A stretch of 64,000 nucleotides of DNA, taken from NCBI RefSeq assembly GCF_009914755.1, contig NC_060927.1. One strand, given 5' to 3'. Position 1 is the first letter of the stretch, and every line of letters begins with the position of its first letter. A model generated the notes under the pieces. The model was not told the origin of the DNA. It saw only the letters and a program-made list of their open reading frames with translations, and did not search any database. This DNA is from the human T2T-CHM13v2.0 reference genome, Homo sapiens. Below, one piece after another: positions 58,993 through 64,000 of this stretch. A program made the translations under genes and the position numbers.

Positions 58993-61456
58993 CATAGTCC
59001 TTTTTGTAAAGCTTTCACAGGAGGGTGACGTGCTGTCAGTGGAGGGAACACAGAAATACACAGGATTGCCAACGTGCTAGAGAGGGGCCCTGCTGGCTAC
59101 AAAAGTCCTTCCACTAACTTCACTAGAAAAGTGACAGTAAACACAAGTCTGGCTGGAGCCCCACATTTCTGGCCCTGGTGCCCGGGAAGGAAGGTGGGTG
59201 CATTAAAGGAAGCTTTGCACTTCTCCCTGCTGCTCTGGCAATCGTTTCCGTTCACATGCTCAAGGTTGTGGCTTGACCTATGCTCTCCTGCAAAATATTG
59301 CTGACCCTTTCCTATTTCTGAGGTTCTTTGCTTTTCCCCTCCCATGTTCCCATACTCCTAAGCTATCTTCTGCGTGTGTTGTTGTTGTTTTGGCTCTTTT
59401 TTCCCGCCCCCCAGAAATGTGTCTGCTTCAGTGTAATGTGGCAGTGAGAATCTGGGAGATTGGAAGACATTTGTGTTTGGTTGGGTTTTCCCACACACCT
59501 CTGTTTTTCCTGTGAGCTAAGAACCCCAAAAGAAGCATCAAAAATTTCTTTCCCGTGGTAGGAAAAGCCAGGACAGAACGAGCCATTCTGGACCTTGGGG
59601 AAACCACTTTGTGTTCTGGTTTCCTTCAGGTTTGATGCCATCCTCACCTTTGGCTGAAGGGCAACAGGCAACTCTTCTTCAGACGGCAGTACCATGCCGG
59701 AAAACAGAGCACCATGTGGCTAGCCCAAGCTCTGGGGTAGAGCCAGCTCTGCCCTTCACTCTCTGTGGCTTTTGCCAAGTCCCTCATTGAGTCTCAGCTT
59801 CCCCATCTGCAACACAGGGGTAAGGTAGCAGGGTTGCAAGAGCATCCTGCCACCTCCTGGGCTGCAATGGATACCCCGTCAAGGTAAGACAATGGACAGG
59901 GGGCAGTATGCCCTTGTAGTGCCTGTGCATGCATCAGGCCGGCACTGCTCAGAGTGCTCCTGAGGCATCCTGACCTTGAGAGATGTTAACACTTGTCATT
60001 TGAAAAGTATTTTTTTTCTAAGTTAAAGATAGGTTTGAGAAATGCTGGATTAGGAAGGTTTCAAACAGATTCATCACTACAGGACTTCTCAGGGGCCTTT
60101 AATGCACTGTGAATCTCCAGGAGTGTTTTCTAACAGTGCATGCTTTTATCCTAAGAGACATTAAATGTATTGGGATGGATTCATTGGTTTAATCAATGGG
60201 TAGTTCATGAGAAGCTTCAACCTGAAAGGCCTGAGGGCTCTTGATACCCAAGAAAGCCCAGGGGAGATCCTTGACATCTGTGAAACATCAGATCCAAGAT
60301 CTCCCAGAGTGACCACATACCCTTTCAGAGTCCACTTGGGCTCCAGATGTTATCTGGAGCCATATTTCTACCAAGAATTTATGTGGTTGTGCTTATCCTC
60401 ACATAAATTAAGCCTCGTTTTAACATTCTATAAAGCTTAGTCTTGCAATTGATGAGCACTCATTGCCCTAACTGGAGCACCCCACAAAATACCCCCTGAT
60501 TTCCCTTGTTTTTATGTGGAACACACAGTAGAGTCACTCCCATGAAGATCTGAGTCACTGCTGAATTCCATATTCCTGTCGATAATTTATCCCAAATTTA
60601 TGTTTTCTGCCCCAGAACCACTGCTTTTTAAGATTTCTTTATTATGGCTTTCCTTCCACCACCATCACCAGCATTTAGCTTGTTTTATGAAGAAATGAAG
60701 CTCTTTGGTTGTTTAAATCACTTCTGGGGAATTCTAAGGCTACAGTGAGTGGTGAGGATGGAGTTGACCAGGTCCACTCACCAGGTGGAGGGCTCACGCC
60801 CATGCATAGCCCCCATTCCCACATCCCACTCCCTTTCTCCTGAAGGGAGCTCAAAGGGTCTACATCTGGCTTCTCTCCACCCCTCTACTGGAGGTGGAGT
60901 GGCTTTTAAATTGGTCAGATTTGGAAAGAATAGCTGGGAAGCCTTAGCCCAGCTCTGCTCCTCTTCCTCTTGAAAGAGAGCTGCCTGTCACTCAGTAGAT
61001 ACATCTGTACAGTTCTGTGGTTTAATTAACAGGCTTCTTTTTTCCCTCACTCCCCCACCTACCCCCATATCTTAACTTGCTCAGATCCCAGACAATAAAG
61101 GGGGCAGGGGACAGGGAAGGGCTTCTTTCTCTCCAGAGGATACTGAGCACCAGAAGACTAAGTAGGCAATAAATGCCACAGGAGTGTGGAAAGGGAGGTG
61201 AGTACCAAGGCCTGCTACATTAAGACATAACAACACATGCTATCATGGTTAGCATTGGAGGCGCACTTCCTACAAGCACTTCTCATAGGCTAGCTCACCC
61301 AATTCTCACATCCCTGCAGGTACTATAATGATCTTCATTTATAGACAAGAAAATTGAAACTTTCACATTGCTAATAACTCACTGGGATTGGAGTCCATTC
61401 TTTCTAAGCAGAAAGAGATATCTTTGTGGAGAAACTGAATCTTGACTGCAGGTCAG

Positions 61457-62158
61457 TGTATAGAGTGCCCTTGACATAAGTAACTCCATCTTAGAAAAAG
61501 ACTTCATCTTACATTTCAAAAGGCGTTGAGGACCAGATGTTTTTGCCTGAACAAAACACTGCATTCAAGCAAATAAGGACATAACCAAACATACTCTTCC
61601 ACTACGAGCCCTCACCAGAGGACTGGCCATAAAAGAGCAGGACTTCAGCAGCTCAAAACAGCAGACTTAACAGATGCTGTCTTGCTGTCATTTGTGATAA
61701 GCACATGGCATCTGCTGCCGAAGGCTCTACGCACATCAAATACTCTTCCTTGCAAGATGCTGATGCTGACTGGCACCTGGGGCATTCCAGGACATTATTT
61801 TTGTTCATGTTGCTCTCCCTGGACTGGTTTGTTAACTCTTTTTCCTATCCCTTTTCTCTTGATGTCAAATGTTACTTTGTTTGATGTGGAATATTTAATC
61901 TATAATATTTATATATTGATTAAGTATACTATGATGTATGGTTTGCAATACTGACTGACTTGGGGAGTGGCTTGAGCCTGTGTGCCCATGGCTCTGACTA
62001 CAGAGTAAATGGGTGGTACCAACGGGAACTGCCTCCTTGGGAACTCCATGCAGTTCGTGGCTTTTATGATTGAAACAGCACCAGCAGAAGTGTGACCTCG
62101 TGGAAAGACATGAAAATACATGGACTTGGTTATCTCTGACCTTGTGCCCCTCATGATA
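61457..62158 (+). mobile_element. Solo ERV LTR (ERV1-like; family not assigned)
   Basis: Starts with TG and carries the tandem AACTCCATCTTAG/GACTTCATCTTAC motif typical of ERV1 LTR 5' ends. TATA-like CATAAAAG, ~700 bp. No clean TSD seen. Confidence 0.55.
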
Positions 62159-62819
62159 GTTGAACTCAGAGCAGCAGAGAGAAGAGAAAAGGGAAGACAC
62201 CGGCTGCTGAGAGCTGCCCTCACCATGGTGGTGCATGTGCAAGGCCACATGGGCTCTGCTCCACCAGCCCCATCGACAGGCTCCCAGGACGGCTCACCTT
62301 CCAGGAAGTCCTGCTGACACTGTTGTTGCTGCATTGGGTAGAAGTCTGCTTCCATGTAACCTCTCCACCCTGGGCTGCGTCAAACTGCCCACAGGAAATG
62401 TCACCTCTATAATAAACAACTAGAGGACTTCTTATCTTCTCTTTTGCAGACCAGAGGCTTCCAGTTCCTCTAATTCTTCTCCACTGGTTCTGCTGGCCCT
62501 CTTGGGACTGCTGGTTGTCAAGCTCCCTCACACTGGGGTCCCCAGGATGTCCAGAGTTTCCCAGCAGCATTGGAGAGAGGCAGCACATAGTGGGACCCTA
62601 GTGGGAAGAGAGGCAGCAGGCTCAGAAGAGTTCAAAACCTCAGTTCCAAGAGTCTGTACCTTATCTAAGACACAATAGCACATGGCTGAAGATTCTTCAG
62701 CAGAGGAGGGAAAGGGGAGTGGGTGTGAGGCCAGGGATCCTGGAAAGTTGTCCCGCAGGCAGCTGTAAGGGGAGACCTGAGGAGAGAAAGGAGGCAGCTG
62801 CCTCTCAGTCAATTCAAAT

Positions 62820-63690
62820 TACCTCTTGTGAAATTGTCTTTCTATGCCTGGCTTATTTCACTTAACATAATGACCTCCAGTTCCATCCATTTTGCTGCAA
62901 ATGGCATGATTTCATTCATTTATGGCTGAATAATATTTCATTGTGCATATATACCACATTTTCTTTATCTATTCATCCATTGATGAACACTTAGGTTGAT
63001 TCCATATCTTAACTAGGTTGAATAGTGCTGCAGTAAACACGGTGGTGCAGTATCCCTTTGATATACTGATTTCCTTTCCTTTGTAAAAATACCCAATAAT
63101 GGGATTGCTGGATTGTACCTTAGTTCCATTTTTAGCTTTTTGATAGATCTCCAGTTGTTTTTGTTGAGTTGCTTGAGGTCCTTGTACATATTCTGGATAT
63201 TAGTACTTGGGTGAATGGTTTGCATAGATTTCTCCCATTCTACAGATTGTCTCTTCACTCCGTTGGTTGTTTCCTTTGCTGTGCAGAAGCTTTTTAGTTT
63301 AATACTGTCCCATTTGTCTATTTTTGTTTTTGTTGCCTGTGCATTTGAAGTGTTAGCCACAAGAGCTTTGCCTAGATTAATGTCTTGAAGCATTTTCCCT
63401 ATGTTTTCATGTAGTAGTTTTATAGTTTTAGGTTTTATGTTTACATTTTTAATCCATTATAAGTATATTTTTGTGAAAGATAGGGGTCCAGTTTCATTCT
63501 GCATGTGGCTATTCAGTTTTCCCAGCAGCATGTATTGAAGAGGGTGTCCTTTCCTCAATGTATGTTTTTGGCACCTTTGTTGAAAATAAGTTGGCTGTAA
63601 CTGTGTGAATTATTTCTGGGCTCTCTATTCCATTCCATTGGTTTATGTGTCTGTTTTAATACCAACGCCATGCTGTTTGGGTTACAATGT
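62820..63690 (-). mobile_element. L1 (MA/PB-age) ORF2 3' fragment with an internal gap
   Basis: ORF remnant [19 protein letters not shown] joined to ELRYNPAIPLLGI. Confidence 0.8.
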
Positions 63691-64000
63691 AAGCTGCTAC
63701 ATTTTAAGATCATTTGTTATGAAGCTACAGTAACCAGAACACTGTTTTTCATAATCCAGGTGCCTGATTTTGATCTTCTTACCACCTTCAAGTTTGAGAG
63801 AATAATTTCTACACATTTGAAAGAAATCAAGATCTGCTTACATTTCCTAGTTGGTTAAACACATAGTTTCAGATCTTTTCTCTATTTCAATTACATATTC
63901 CTGAGAACCAAACTGCTTTACTTGAAAGTTGCTCCAATGTTCTGACAGATTGATACTTTTAGTTCTTTAAACAAATAATGAGCTGCTTTGAATTATAATG

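Overview
Human (primate) genomic DNA from the 3p21.31 chemokine-receptor cluster. The only credible host gene is CCR1 on the minus strand. It has a short non-coding exon 1 (~34144-34203), a ~3.96 kb intron, and exon 2 carrying the whole 355-aa ORF (29108-30175) plus a ~1.5 kb 3'UTR ending after an AATAAA at 27586-27591. Most of the rest is transposon-derived. It includes a 5'-truncated, RT-deleted L1PA with an intact ORF1 (21-3895), a 4.6 kb L1PB (42222-46878) and several ancient L1M relics. There are also ~16 Alus (one very young AluYa-lineage copy and one trimer), MaLR/ERV LTRs, and hAT/Tigger DNA transposon fossils. Nearly all other ORF-track entries are repeat artefacts. I see no convincing new multi-gene system. 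The best leads are: a 112-bp block duplicated inside and just beyond the CCR1 3'UTR; an orphan ZNF143-motif, CpG-enriched promoter-like island at ~14.65-15.24 kb; a plus-strand candidate exon at 36553-36769, probably a far-upstream CCR3 exon that would nest CCR1 antisense in a CCR3 intron; a 303-nt pure pyrimidine tract containing (GAA)35; and several readable repair or template-switch scars. Repeat subfamily names are from recalled consensus sequences, and boundaries without a stated TSD are approximate.
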